From Lingula anatina (Eukaryota > Animalia > Brachiopoda), in the NCBI GenBank assembly GCA_051362555.1, contig CM120641.1:34168401-34232400 (forward strand): a DNA stretch of 64,000 bases, in the 5' to 3' direction. This document shows positions 13,766 through 27,900 of the stretch, piece by piece; the stretch's first letter is position 1; every line of letters begins with the position of its first letter. The position numbers and the translations under genes are program-made. Under the pieces are notes generated by a model. It was not told the origin of the DNA, ran no database searches, and saw only the letters and a program-made list of their open reading frames with translations.

Positions 13766-16522
13766 TTATTTTCGTTTCTTGGATGATTTTTTCGACTTCT
13801 TGGTCTTTTCTTTTCGTGCGTTCTGAATCTTTCTCTTCTCTTCAATGTGATCCCTCTCTGACGCACATATTTCCCTGGATAATAGAGAGCTTTACTTTAA
13901 GTCACTAAAATGTAAGAACCCTTATACATTTGGATTTTCTAACTTTAAGAGTTTTGTTACTGCTGTTAGGTCATTACTGACCAAATATGTAATGGTAATC
14001 ACAAATCGATACGGCAATATCAATAGCAACATCAGACAAAAGAAATATTATGATTTATTGATCAAAATGGCATCTTTTTTCTAAATGTTATTTTTCAGAT
14101 ACATCTATGTTTTACATGAAAAGTTAATCGAAAGAAACAGATTATCAGTTCAAGACTTGGAGAGACTATGCAAATTTTAAGAGAGATGTGTAGCACCATA
14201 TAGCGACCAGATTGAAAACATCATAACTCGCCAGTCAAGCGTAGAAGAGCTCTGAAAAGACGTAACGAAACGAAACGTGATGTATTTTAACCAGCAAAGA
14301 AAAAAGTTGAATAAAACTAAAAACTAAACATTGATTCAGAGATGTAATAATTACAATAAAGCAACAAAGGTAACTGCAAAGTTGCAAATTAAAACTGATA
14401 GAGTTTATTGCAAGATCGAAGCTACAGCTTCTTCAAGTCTACGAAAGTCTAGGAGTGAATATGTTAGCCTTACATATTTTTTACAAAGAATAAGCAAAGA
14501 AATAGGCGTCTTAAATTAAAAAGAAAAAGGACAGAAAATATAAAAATTCAACAGCAACTTACGAATAGTCGATTCTGCCGTCTGGGCATTTGTCTAATCG
14601 TTCCACTAGATCTAGTATTTGTTGGTCGTCCAAATTGATCCCAGCAACCTGAAATGAAGAAGAAAGCATTGTGGTAGAGAGGCATAGCCCAATGCGAAAA
14701 TCGATGTGAAGATTAGTAATCAATATTACATATAATTCATAGCTTGTATCTGATAAGATTTATCAAAAAAATAAAAAATAAAATAAAATAAATAAATAAA
14801 AATAATAATAAGTATTTAACCATACCTTTATTCCTTTCTTGAATTCCTCTTTCGTAACTTTATAGTCTCCGTTCTTATCAAAGTTTCTGAATAAGTCAAC
14901 CATGCGGATGTCTTTTTTCTCGCAGTGTTGTCGTAACAAAAAGACGGGATCCTTGGTCAAGTCATCGGCACCTAAAATATAAAAAGTGGTTCTAAGACCC
15001 CATTCCCATAGACACCATTGGCCTACATAGATCGATCTAACTCTGTGGGGACTCTCGCTGAGTTTAATCAGCTTCACTGAGCTTTTCTGTATTCTTCTTA
15101 ACACCAGGCGGAGGCGTGTCATTCAGTTAAGCTGACTGCACTCAGCCAGAGTCCCCGCAGAATGGGAATGGGGTCTAACACGTACCAGTGAGTCTAAAAT
15201 ACCGTGAAAACTGGACTCAGGCAAAGTTTTGCTCCATTTACATTAAATGGAAAGTGAAAGTCGTCTTAGAAAGTAAAACTTACGTGAAACCCAAAATATG
15301 CCGAATATGTACCGCTGTACAATAGACTTTAATTCGAAAGAACTTAAGAGATAGCAACCAGAAAAATATCTGTGGATTTATTCCGCCAGGTTTATATGTT
15401 GTTGCACATCATTCGTTAGTCTGCTATCATTCCCAACCACACTCTCCTTTATATTCTGCGAAATGTCACTTGATTTTACGCTAAGTAATGAGAATTTGGG
15501 TTATCTTGGATGATTTCCATGATTTGATTTGGGTTATCTTGGATGATTTTCTGTATTGTTTTAGTTGTACAGCGGGACTGTTTTCGATAAAAGAAAAAAA
15601 TCCAATCATTCAAATACCTGCTTTTTTGGCATATTTTCCTGTGATGACATAATTCCCAATTACCCCTGCATGGATGACGGTCAAGCCTCGGTTTTCAATC
15701 ATTTCTTTCTCCAAAGTGTCGAATTCTTTATCGACAAAAACTCCCTAAATCATAACATGAAAACTGTAGCACGGATTATAACTTAAATATAATCTTAAAT
15801 TACATTTCTTGAAAATTAATTGATCAAATTTTCGCCTAAAAACAAAAACGGCAAACAATAACATACTTGCGCGTATAGAGAATACAACGTGAAACAATTT
15901 TCCAGAAAAATGTATTTACTTATATTTACCGATAAATCCAGCAGTGTCAGGACACTCCTTTCGTTGTTGATGGCCTTGAGTAGAGCAAAAGCACCAGCTG
16001 TTCCAATAGGATTGTTACCAACCTTAAATATAAAAAGAAAATATAACAGTACAGTAGGCCTACAGCATAAATGCACGGCGCATATAACACCAATACATCC
16101 ATCTCGCCTAACAGTAAACTACTTTCTTCGCCGCATAAAAAAGTATCAACCCAGTAAACTGACATTATATGTAACTGTTCATTTATAACGTATTCCAGCA
16201 AGTCTAAAACACTATTAAAAATATCATACCCTGAGGATTTTTAAAGATTCATTGGCGTCCAGTCCTTTCCCCAGCATAAACGCGCCTTCCGCTGTGATAC
16301 GGTTGTCACTGAGGTTTAGCTCAGTTAGCGTGCTGTTGAATTTGAGTGCGGACGCCATGGCAACGGCGCCTTCATTACCAAAGCCATTCCAGGACAGGTC
16401 CAGGGTTTTTAGACGCATATTGTTCTGGAAAAGATAATGAAAATACATTGCGAGTACTAACAGCCTTTGGGTTTGAGCGTGCATTTTCGAGCGAGAGTCA
16501 GTGACTGGATCCTTGTGCGTCA

Positions 16523-16599
<77 letters not shown>

Positions 16600-19500
16600 A
16601 AGATTCTACCCCTTCAAATCAGTATAAAGCTAAAAAAACATGGGTCAATGCTAATTGATAATTATTCACAACATCTCGTTGATAGATCAACAACGTTTAT
16701 TTCCTCCTATTCATGATGTGTGTGTGCATGCACGCGCGTTTGGCGTTTATGGTATGACATATGTGTGCGTGAAGCTCCTGTGCTGCCATACCTGTACACC
16801 TTCACATATGCTCTCTGCTCCTCGGCGCCGTAAATGGTTCCAGCTGAGGTCTAAGCTTTCCAACGCTTCATTTTCGCTTATGACAGGGCCTATCAATTCT
16901 CCCGCTTCTTCGCACAGTTCATTGTGACTGAGGTCTAAATATCGTATTAGATCGTTTTCCTGTGGAACGAATATAAAAGAAGAAAATTTAACGTTTGTAG
17001 ATACAATGCAGAAGGGTAATACCTGTGCAAAATGTTTTTTTTTAATTTCTCGCTGGACAATACAGATATGTGCACATACTTAGCCAGAGAAACATCTATC
17101 TAGTGAAAAAAAACTCTTTGTAGCCGGGGTAAAGGGTAGCCAGACCCCATGGCATAAATGACAGAAGACATTCATACAGTATTTACAAATCTAGTGTGCG
17201 CATGGTGCGAATATTCCCATATGCAGATATGCACACATTACTTAAAATAATGCCATTAATAATGTCACTCTTCTTACCATCAAAATATTCGCTAAAACAT
17301 CTGCGTCTTTGTCTTTTAGATCATTTCCTGGAAAATTAAAAACGCTATTCAGAGACGTTTTAGGCACATCAATATAAACGCGACCAGGCTTTTGATTCCA
17401 GCTGTTAAAAGTTGGACCAAATGCTAACCATCGATCTTATACATTATCCATACCACTTTATTAGATTGCAAATGCTGAAAATAGTTTTATGCCGACTTTT
17501 CATCAGAATAGCCGGCTGACATGAAAAGAAATGCTTTATACATGTACCTGTGGTGTCTGTCTGAGTGCGTGTTTGTTCATTTCTTTTCTTGCTACATCTA
17601 GGGTATCTACTTCAGTGTTATTCCTCAGAGTTTATTGATTCTTCCTCTTCAAAGAATCTAGACGTTAACAATAATAAATCTAATGGAAAATACTACTCTT
17701 ACCGGCAAGGTTCAGCTTTCTGATATTGACGTTGGTTTTGAGCATACTAGCTATTGCACCGAGACCTTCACTGCCTATGTGGTTGAACCCAAGTCCCTGA
17801 AAATAAATCATCAAAATGATAAAATTTGGTTATCGATTATGTAAAATTCCAAAATGCTGATTATTAAAACATACTTCGCATTGTGAAATTTGTTTCAGTA
17901 TTTTAAAGATTCGTTTCATACACCAGATGTGAATATTCCACACAACACAGGGAGTTGACTGCTGCCTTTCTTTCTTAAAGATAAAATTTAATGAATTTTA
18001 CCATTGGGGGAAATATTACAAATAAGAATCTGAAAATAACTTTTAACGAGAGAAGAGACATCAAACGAAAAGAAAAAGTCTATTGTCAGGAGTGGGATTC
18101 GAACCCACGCCCACATTCGTGGACCAGAACACTCACACCTGCGCGGCAACAGGTAAGGATCACCTTGAGTCTGGCGCCTTAGACCGCTCGGCCATCCTGA
18201 CATCTGCTTGTGTATACGTGATTTATTTTTTACCAAATTAACCCAATAAAGTGACATTTTTTGCCAATCACTTGTGATAAATGAATATATTAAAAGAAGT
18301 GTTCTGCGCAAGAAAAAATAAGCTTATTTGTTCCCATATATCACACACTTATCATAACGTAACAGCTTATCTTTACAATTAGGGTACACTACGCACTATC
18401 ATTGTTAGCAGGAATTTGCACTGAATGCACTTACCAATTCGCTGATGTAACAATTTTCTTTCAGCATGTCTGCCAAACATTTAGCACCGGGCGGACCAAG
18501 AGAATTATCCTCCAGATCCAAAACAACGATGGAAGTATTAGTCTAAAAAAATTGATAAAGTGATTAGTGTAGATACATGCATATACGCCTCTTATATCAT
18601 ATGGGCCTTTTAAAGAGTACATAGAATACAAACAATAATTTTGTTACCGACAACTAGTGAACACTGTTTTCAGAGAGTAACATGCATACAAATTGTTGGC
18701 AGTTGAAGTACATTCGCCCGAGTTGAAAATAGTGTTAAGTTTAACAGGCCCGTAGCCGGGAGGGGGGGGGGGTTCGGGGGGTTCGAAAGGAAAGAACCGC
18801 CCCTTTTGGTGGGAAAAGGTCCACTCTGGGTAAAATTGATCTAGGTTCATGAATTTTTTAATGGAAAAAGGTCCACTTTTTCAGAAAAAAAAACCCTTTT
18901 GAAATTGCTGGCTACGGGCCTGAGTTAAATCGTAGCTGGGCATTGGATATAATATTATAACGACCACGGATCGTCTGCTCTGAATGCGGCCTTTGAAGCG
19001 CTAACCTTGATTTATTCGACACAGTTGCACCTGTAACACTTCCCCGTATTTAAAGAAATACTCTAGATGATAAAACGATAACGACAAGCACAAAGTAGTC
19101 CTAAACACCTGATTAAGTGCAGACAATGACAAAGGGAGTAGCATACAGAAAAAAAAGCAAACCGAACATATTAAAAAGATCTTCCCGCTCTAAACACTCA
19201 GAACAATTTTTTTTCGTTTAGACCAAGGCAAAGGTGAAAAAAAAGCTTGCTTTTCATCTTTAGATATCACCTCATTTAGGACACCATTCCCATAGACACC
19301 TCTGCGGGGACTCTTGCTGAGTGCAATCAGTTTAACTGAATGGCACGCCTCCTCTTGTTTCTAACATAGGCCTACTCGTATAAACACCCAGTTTTTTTGC
19401 ATTCTTCTTAAAGCCAGGAGGAGGCGTGTTAATCTGTTAAACTAATTGCATTCAGCGAGAGTCACTAACTATTCTGCATTCTACTTATAAAGCCGGGAGT

Positions 19501-22500
19501 AGGCGTGTTAATCTGTTAAACTGATTGCATTCAGCGAAAGTCCCCGCGGAGTTGGGTAGATCCACGTAAACCGACGGCGCTTATGGGAATGGGGCCTCAG
19601 ATAAGTTATAAATTTAATCAGAAAAGTTCCACTAGTATATAACCTACCACTAAAGGCACTGCCATCGCCTTGGCCCCTGCCTCCCCGAGACCGTGGTGCT
19701 TCATAACCATGTCCGGCTCGTGCATGTGCCTCATGAAGTATGACACTGGAACCACGCCTAGCTCCTTACACGTTTCTAGGTAGACATACCGGCCGGATAC
19801 GTCATACATGCTCTTTTCATCTGAAAAAAGGGAACAAGGGTACGGGCACCTTTTATGGTAAGTTATCTAATCGGATCAGTAAATCATACTTTATTACTTT
19901 GCTTTATAAAAGGGTAAGTTACGAGTGGCAAATTTGAACGAGTGTAACAAAGAAAATGTAGAACAAGACAGTATATATATTTTACAGAGAGAAGTAAAAA
20001 ATCTAGTGGAACAGCAGACAGAAAACTACTAAGCAGTGCGTCTACAAGGCAATGTAAAGCTCATTTATCCGATTTATCAAGAATATTTAGAAAACATTTT
20101 AATCTCCAGGGTAAAAGCAAACAAAAAATGGCCCATTCTCGCAAAAAACTTCAGCTTTTTAAATTCCACTGAAACTTACTTATGCGCTCTATTAGAGTTT
20201 TTTTTATTGCTAGAAAATTTGAAATTCTTTTGAAACATTATTATAGTAAAAACTGCACTTTACCTTCCATCTCCAGATCAGTGTCCCATCCGCTGTCATC
20301 GTCCTGGGCGCCATCTGTGCTGGGGTCCTTGCTCAACTCCTCTTCTTCTACATGTATTTCAATATGCTCACCGTCTTCCCTAGAACAGCAATTCATGGCT
20401 TAAACATGTATTCGCAACGTAGTCTTCAGAATAGCAACTATTTTGAAACACTGCTCAGCATAAAGGACTTGTATTGCCTTTTTATTAGGTGAACTACGGG
20501 ACACATTGTGCATAAGTTGATTTTGACACAATGTTTTCATAGCTTTAGGTGACTTACTCGTAAATGTGGCAAATTTTTTTGTTTTTTAAATTCGCCCAGC
20601 TGCACGTTTAATTTCCGAGAAATGACGACGAATCTCCTTCTACGCACTCCGTCACCGCCAATAAGGAAACATGCGTGCAGGTTTGAAAGGAGAATTTCTA
20701 TTAAACTGAAACTCAGGGTGCCCATCATAATGCTTTACCAAGGGCTCATTCCCAATGAAACTGTCGGCCTACGTAGATCGATCCAACTCCGCGGGACTCT
20801 CGCTGAATGCAATCAGATTAGCAGATTAACACGCCTCTTCCTGGTATTGAGTAGAATATAGAAAACTGGTGATTATACGAGTACGTTGGAAACAAGAGGA
20901 GGCGCTGCAATCTGTTGAACTGATTGCAATCAGCGAGAGTTCCCGCGGAATTGGATCGATTAATGGAGACCGATTGTTTCATTTGGACCCAAGAACCTAA
21001 GACCCAAGGACAACTAGATCATCTGAATTAAATTCAGGCCCTTCTGTAGAAACAGGAAACGAGGGTACATTTCTCACACTGACTTTCACAGTTCTTAATC
21101 ATTTTTACAGAAACAAAAAGGACGATCATATTATTATCACCATTCAGTTTATAAATTGAAATATTTCTAGAATTTTTTTTTACCCTTGAGTAAGAGTGAG
21201 GAAAAAAAAAACAGATCATCGGGCCTATTACATTGTTATTTGTACATTTTTCTGATCCATTTTCAAATTCGAATTCTAAACAAGACAAAATGATCTGAAA
21301 AAATTAGATGGGTTTATGTGACATAAATAAACATCGATGTTTGCTTGCAGCCATATCCCGTGATCTATTAGTCAATTATGTTTTGTTTTATATTTGCTTA
21401 CAAGAGGGGAGTGGTGCCGAACTGAATATACCAGTGGGTTATACAAATAATTACTTCAATGAGACATTTGATTAAATGCGTTTAAAATAATATATTCCTA
21501 CTCAGTTTTCGTACTCGGGCACAGCATACAACAGCGCATGAAAATTTTACATTTTGCAACAACAATTTGCAATGAATGTGAAAAATTAAAGATATTTGAC
21601 ATTCACAAATGAACGAAAAATAACCTAAATGCTTTGACTCAGATATGTCTTACGTTAGTTGCTCTTTGAAAGACTCAGAGCTTTGTGTCAGTTCTTCCTT
21701 TGCTTGGCCATCACCAAATTCTTCTATCTTCACTGATTCTCTGCTAATAGGCATCAGTGCAGGCTTGGAGGTAGTCATATTAGCAGCATTCACGGTAGAA
21801 ATCACAGAAGATGGGCGAGAAACGTCATTTGGAATTTCTGTCTGAAACTGAAAGGAACGATCGAACCTCCTAAATGTCAGAGATTGCTGTTGACATTAAA
21901 AACGTTACCATGGTGATGTGGCGTAACAATTGATATTTGATTGTGGCGTTACATTGTAAAACCTTGAGTATTGTGACGTTGCAAGTAACCTTGAACTTTG
22001 TGGAGTAAGTATGATTATATTTGTATGTTGTGGCGTCATAAAAAACATTGACTTACAAATATTGACAACATTGACTTAACATCACAAAAATATTTCAGAC
22101 CTACGGTTTAACTAATATAGTAAAAAATACTATTGAGGCGAGCGTGAGCTGGCGTAAATCTGGTGGGGTCGATCAATCTTTACATTGGTTTCTTTTTTTT
22201 TTTTCTTCTTTTTTACTGTAGCACGGACCTGATAATTCAACTTGCAAATTGACTGGCGTCATTGACCATTTAAATCATGGCTGGGTTTGGATATAATATT
22301 ATGACGACCACGTTAATGTCTATTTCACAACGTAAACATCCTCTAATTTCATGAACAAAAACTTAACTATAAATTGACGAAAGCGCTTTCAACTTATACA
22401 AAAAAACTTATAAATTATTCACATTCAGACATTTACTTTACAGTAGGTCTTAACAGATAACTGTGTCTGCACCAGGTCTGCTAAGATTGACTGGCGCTTG

Positions 22501-23595
22501 CTTTGAATTATAATCTGAATTATTAATATGGCACCCAGGAGCTTTGGATGACCCAAAATAATTGTAAGTGGTCGTATCTAATTAATAGTGTATTTCAAGT
22601 TTCTAAACAGGGGTCATTTTTACAACGTGTCAGCGCCCCTATTCTACGTCATAGGAAGGAAGCAAACAAGAAAGCCACTGGATGCTTATTATTCTATTTA
22701 GTCTACGAAACAAAGAACACTCGTTCTGTATCGTATTAAAAGAACCGAATATACTCCAATCTGTCGTGTCCACTATACACACCTTCTTGCTAATGGCCAT
22801 TTCTACTGAATAGAGGTTAAGTATGCGCCAAACTAATGTGTTTACACTAACACAATGCGCTACAGGCTGTGCAATGAGGTTGCTATTGTAAAAGCGTCAA
22901 AATGTTTTTACAAGAATTCAGACCATACTGGCTGCTGCAGTGGAAATTTCTTCATGTTCGTTTTGCTGATATATTTTACCAAATGTTTCTTGCGTGTCTC
23001 TCATGTCAAAGATTTTGTTGTTACAAATCAGTTATTTAAAAATGAATAAATCCTTCAAAATCTTGATACTTTAGATGTTCAATGTTTTTTTTTTTCACAT
23101 TATCAAAAGAAAAAACATCAAACGTCGTAGTATAGTCTAGGTATTTTAGTTTACGTTATTTTAGTGCAGTATATCTTTTCTTCTTCATCTTTCAACTCTG
23201 TCCACCTACGACACAGGATATATATCAAATGACACCTATGTCTAAATATGCTACTTAACGTTATATGAGACATTGTATCTAATCATCAGAGCTACATCTA
23301 ATATAATGGCTATAACGAAAATTAATACATATACCTATATTAATCTTACCACATTGGGGTTTGTTTCTCCATGGTCGTCTGGCGCTTTGGTGTCATCAGA
23401 CGGCTGATCAGAATAGGAAGAAACCATAATATTATCATTTCCGTCACTTATTGGGTATTTTTGCTCGTGGTTGTCATGATGCTGCTGGCCGTCCTGCTCT
23501 CCCTGGTGGGATTCAAAATTATTTTTCGTACAGAATCTGGAAGCACTTCCCTCCTGATCCCATCTGTCATTAAGTAAGTCCACTTCATCCGACAT
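13766..23595 (-). CDS. LRRC74: LRRC74-like leucine-rich-repeat protein with C-terminal EF-hands, copy 2 (14 coding exons)
   Basis: Phase-compatible exons: 23350-23595 (ATG MSDEV), 21654-21841, 20264-20379, 19648-19820, 18435-18542, 17703-17796, 17278-17327, 16792-16959, 16230-16424, 15930-16022, 15618-15744, 14826-14971, 14563-14648, 13766-13874 (TAA). GWDTDLE, YLETCKELGVVPVSYF, LRRs, EF-hand FDKNGDYKVTKEEF, basic tail. Confidence 0.9.
14996..15175. mobile_element. PIF/Harbinger-like palindromic MITE
   Basis: TIR GACCCCATTCCCAT / ATGGGAATGGGGTC, flanked by TAA on both sides; internal sequence is also palindromic. Confidence 0.8.
16526..16594. repeat. Compound (TG)n(AG)n microsatellite
   Basis: Directly visible dinucleotide runs in an LRRC74 copy 2 intron. 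Confidence 0.95.
18084..18201 (-). tRNA. tRNA-Leu(CAA) with a 34-nt intron (18130-18163)
   Basis: Minus strand reads GTCAGGATGGCCGAGCGGTCTAAGGCGCCAGACTCAAG[intron]TTCTGGTCCACGAATGTGGGCGTGGGTTCGAATCCCACTCCTGACA. Acceptor stem GTCAGGA/TCCTGAC, anticodon stem CCAGA/TCTGG, anticodon CAA at 18165-18167, long variable arm, GGTTCGAATCC B-box, and an oligo-T Pol III terminator just downstream (~18068-18077). Confidence 0.96.
18745..18922. mobile_element. Short hAT-like MITE (same family as 36751-36915)
   Basis: TIR CAGGCCCGTAGCC / GGCTACGGGCCTG; internal AAAAGGTCCACT repeats; highly similar to 36751-36915. Confidence 0.8.
19280..19596. mobile_element. Harbinger-like palindromic MITE, same family, with an internal tandem duplication
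   Basis: Ends GACACCATTCCCATAG / ATGGGAATGGGGCC; shares CTGCGGGGACTCT and AGGCGTG blocks with 14996-15175; block AGGCGTGTTAATCTGTTAAACT is duplicated (~19422 and ~19501). Confidence 0.72.
20742..20990. mobile_element. Harbinger-like palindromic MITE, same family, right end eroded
   Basis: CTCATTCCCAATGAAAC...CCGCGGGACTCTCGCTGAATGCAATCAG...CTGATTGCAATCAGCGAGAGTTCCCGCGG...GTTTCATTTGG. Confidence 0.7.
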
Positions 23596-24954
23596 TTTTA
23601 CGATTCCAGTCAGACTTGAAACGGAAGACTTAAAAGAATTCACCTTATCGGCCGGATAGCATACTCAGTTCACCATTAAACCTATAAGTTCGATTGATTG
23701 GTAGCAGGTTCTATTCAAATGATGGCACCGCAACTTCGCGTTTGGTTAAAATGAAAGGCATTAGACTTTTCTCTCTCCTCCCGTTCTCTTCATCTGACTT
23801 AACGAGATAACATTAATCAGTGTTACGTAGGTTGAGCATATACTTCAGCAAACACTGATGACAATATTCCTCATTAACAACATGCGGACCTGTTCTCGTT
23901 TATTTTGATAAGAGCAATTAATGTAAACAGAATCGCACGCATGAATTGATACAAATGGTGAAATCCACCTTGCCACCTTAGCTACCACAAATACTGACAT
24001 AAGGGACCAAAACAGTCTTTAGTCAATAATACTGTATCACTGCCTCCGATGAAAAACTATAAATGTTCTTCATAAAAAGAATACAGACAGAATAATATTC
24101 CTAAATTAAGCAAAATTGGTTTCAATTAACTTTGATTACTTACTTTACATTATAGTCGTTTAAACGCTACAAGGTCACAAAGCAAAAAAGCTCGAAACCT
24201 AGTTTTTATCGATTTTTGCTAATTGCTATCACGAAACCTGTCCAAAATCCAGGTAGATTTTTTCATTTAGAGAGACCTTCAACCCCCATCTATAGCTCTC
24301 AAGAAAATGAACATTGCATACCCTTTTCAAGTCGTTTTTCAGCAAGCCTGAACAAATATCATGTTTCCACGATATTTACAGGTAATGAACTCACTTATAT
24401 TGACTTGTGGGTAAATAAAATATAAAAAAGGAATAAGGCTTAAATTGATTTAATACAGTGGTTTATAGCCGAGCATTTGTTACATTATTTTCCGGATTGC
24501 CATAAAGTCAAAGGCATTTCTAAAATAGTGCATTGATTATTCTTCAATATGAACTAATGCTTTACACTTCAGATGTTGATGAAAAATGGACGCAGCCGTA
24601 TGCCCTTTACACACACATTTAGCGAATAAGAAAAATATCAATTGTCAAAGCGACACGCCTGCTTTCAAGTAATTAGTACAGTTCGCAACAGTCTGTGACC
24701 ATTATTTCAAAATAATATTACAGCATAATTCATGTTTATGTTCGAATAATAAAACTGTTCAATTTAAATAGTTGCGCAATTATTGTGCGAATATACCTGA
24801 TATATACACTGTGCAAACATTCTTTTATCTTGAACACTTATTATTTCAAAACTTAAATATGTGCAGTCATTTTCCCGTCGATTGTCTTCCTTTTTGCGGT
24901 GTCTCTTTTGGTTTCCATTTGGTGATTCATCAGTTAGTGCACAATGAAGTTGAA

Positions 24955-27900
24955 CTATTTCAATAACAACTCTGCTTTTACAGGAAGATGATCTGACGGG
25001 AACAGCGGGCTAGGCAGTGAGTAGTGTCTTGACAGGGCGTCCTCTGGTGGCATGTCCAGGACTGCAGTGACGTCAATGCGATCACTGTGAAACCAGATGT
25101 AGTCGAAGCAAACTTTCAGAACTTCGTCAAAGTATGCGCCGTCATGATTGGTGATTGGGGGCTCCTTACCCTGAATTGTGAACATTATATGAGAACAACT
25201 TTAAAATAAAAACAATAAATAATAATAATAATTGCAATGGTTCACGTTTTCATATCATACACATTGTTTTTAAGATACGCAAAATGTTGCGTGCAGTCAC
25301 ACTTTAGAAAAGCTCAATTTTTAAAGAAATTTCTAGACAAATCACTTGCACATGATGCCTCGCAATTTTGAAAGAAAAAAGAATTGGTAAAATATATCCC
25401 CTTGATTTATTCTCTGAATAATTTTAGCGTCTGTCGTAACTCACCAGAACAAATGCATAAGCACTCTTTAGGGGAACTTCATGGCCCAGGGCATTTTCTA
25501 TTAGGTCCATTAAATACATATCTTGAGCCTGAATTACAGAGAAAATCATTATCATTAGCATAGATTTTACTTCTGTCTTATCATTTGTCTCTAGGCTTCT
25601 AGTACAACATAGCAAAAGGTCTATTACATGTAGACATACATTATCTCCAAAGTTATTATACTTGATATTGAGCTATATATAGGCCCCTATAGACGATAGA
25701 CGCTTAAGGAAAAGAAATTAAAACAAAGAGAAAAAGGTTTTTCTCTGCATTTCGCTCCGAAATTACGTCTTCTATTCCCTTCTTCATTGTGGAACACTAA
25801 ATCATTCATGGCAATAAAATAAATCTAGAGAACGACAGTTTTATTGCCGATAATACTCGTATGTCAAACTCACTTGCCCACCATTTGTCGCGGAGATTTT
25901 TTCGCTATGCTTTTGCAGTTGTTCTCTCCATGTCTTGTCAATTTCCCCCCCGCTGAGCAAATGGTAAACTGCGGAATCAGGAGTGCTGTTGAAGTCCCCA
26001 GTTAAAATTTGAGATTTCTCTGGTCCTCCAGCAAACGATGAAAGAGTTTTGACGGCGCAAGCTACCTGAAAAAGTGATCGGTATTTTTTAATGTAAATTC
26101 ATTCAGAAAGAGAGCGAATGTAGGATAAATGAAAAGTGTATTAGAACAGGAGTCTGACTCTTCATAAAAGAAATAACTGGAAGAATTCTACATTGGACAG
26201 ACGTCACGCTGATTACTTTCATGGTGGAAACACTTTCCGACTGTTCCTAAAGTTTTGGGAGAAATATGAGGTCGCCTTCAAGAACGATTTCACGTAACTT
26301 CTAACAAACGAAAAGCAATACATATATCAATGACATAGAATTACCTGTAATAAAACAACGTCAAGTTGGGTCGTAGACCACAAAGCATGGACGTTGCCAA
26401 TGGCGACTTCTTTCTTGTTGTCAAGCAGCTTCAATTTGGTTAGCAAAATGGCATTCGGTTTGCAAATGTGTCTTCTGATATGATCCCTGAGCTCCTTGTC
26501 CATTTCTACTTTCTAAATAGTAATACCTCCATTAAATTAAATCTGTTCATCTAAATATATAGAAAAATCTTAATACGACTATTAGAATAGAAAGACAGAC
26601 AAAAATCAAAGCAACAAGATTAAAATCCACGGAAAGAGGCCATAAACAATGGACCAGGCAATGTAACCATCTTAATGAAACCATTAAGATTCCGACACTA
26701 TATCAAAACTTAAATTCTTGGACCATGCAATTCACGGACACAAAACACCTTCCACTGCTCATACAAAGGATGGTGGAGCGCTAAGGCGCAACGAGAAATG
26801 GTATTTTGATGGCGTCAAGTTAGCACGTAGTTTCCAAATACAAACTCAGTTCCGTACGGTAGGATAACTAATGCATTAAGTAATGGCTAACATTTGGACA
26901 AAGATGGGAGAAAGACATTGGTTAATAAAAGTAAACAAGTGCTGAACAGAAATACTAAAAGAATTTGAGTTTGAAAACCTATAGAAATTACAATAATCTC
27001 AAAGATCAAGCTGGTTTATAATACTGGTATCGTGTATATAAAAAATCTTACTAGGCGGTAACAGGAAAAGTTAGACATAGTAACGACCAGGGCGATGACG
27101 GCATACCTGCAATATGTCATCTGCTATTTCATGAAGTACACAACACCGGGAATCAACACATTCAAACTTTGAGGATTTAAAGAACGTGGCTTCCCCTAAA
27201 TCGTCCTGGCGCTGTAGAAATACTCCTTCGTATCCATTCGTTTTCATGAAAGACTGAAGATGATTTGTGTAAATGCAGGCTTGTACTTCTTGCAGACAGA
27301 CCACGTCCGCGTCCATTTCCTTCAGTTCTTTCAAAATTCGCGGTAGGCGATAGTCCATGTATCGTCTCTCTATTGGAACGTATTTGTCGTAGCCTTTAAT
27401 AGGCTCCATTGCTACGTCAGCTAGTATATTATAGGTAAGCAAAGTAAAAGAGTTCCTGACATTTGAGTCGGTCCTCTTCTTCCAATGGCGAGGAAAAAAT
27501 TGAAAATCCTCTGCACTTTGAAATTGCATGCCTTGCATGTTTCCTGTAGAAAGATGAAAAAATGTATCAAATAACATATAATACATGGCTTTCTAATGAT
27601 TCAGTGCAATACTTGAATGTAGTTATCTTTTAAGCACTTTTAAAAAAGTACACTCCATGGCTCTATTCCCATAGATTTTAGATCGATCTATCCCCGCGGG
27701 GAGTCTCACTAGATTACTTTCAGATAATCCGACTTAAATGTCCGTCCCGCCTACTACAAGCTGGAAGGGGGTAATTAACTTTCGTGTCCGCCATGCTGAC
27801 AGCTATTTAGCGTGAACCCCCAGGGAGTTAGGTCGATCTAAAGTAGATCGATCTAATCTATGGAAATGGGGTGCATGGGTTTGAAAATCCCCAAAATGCT

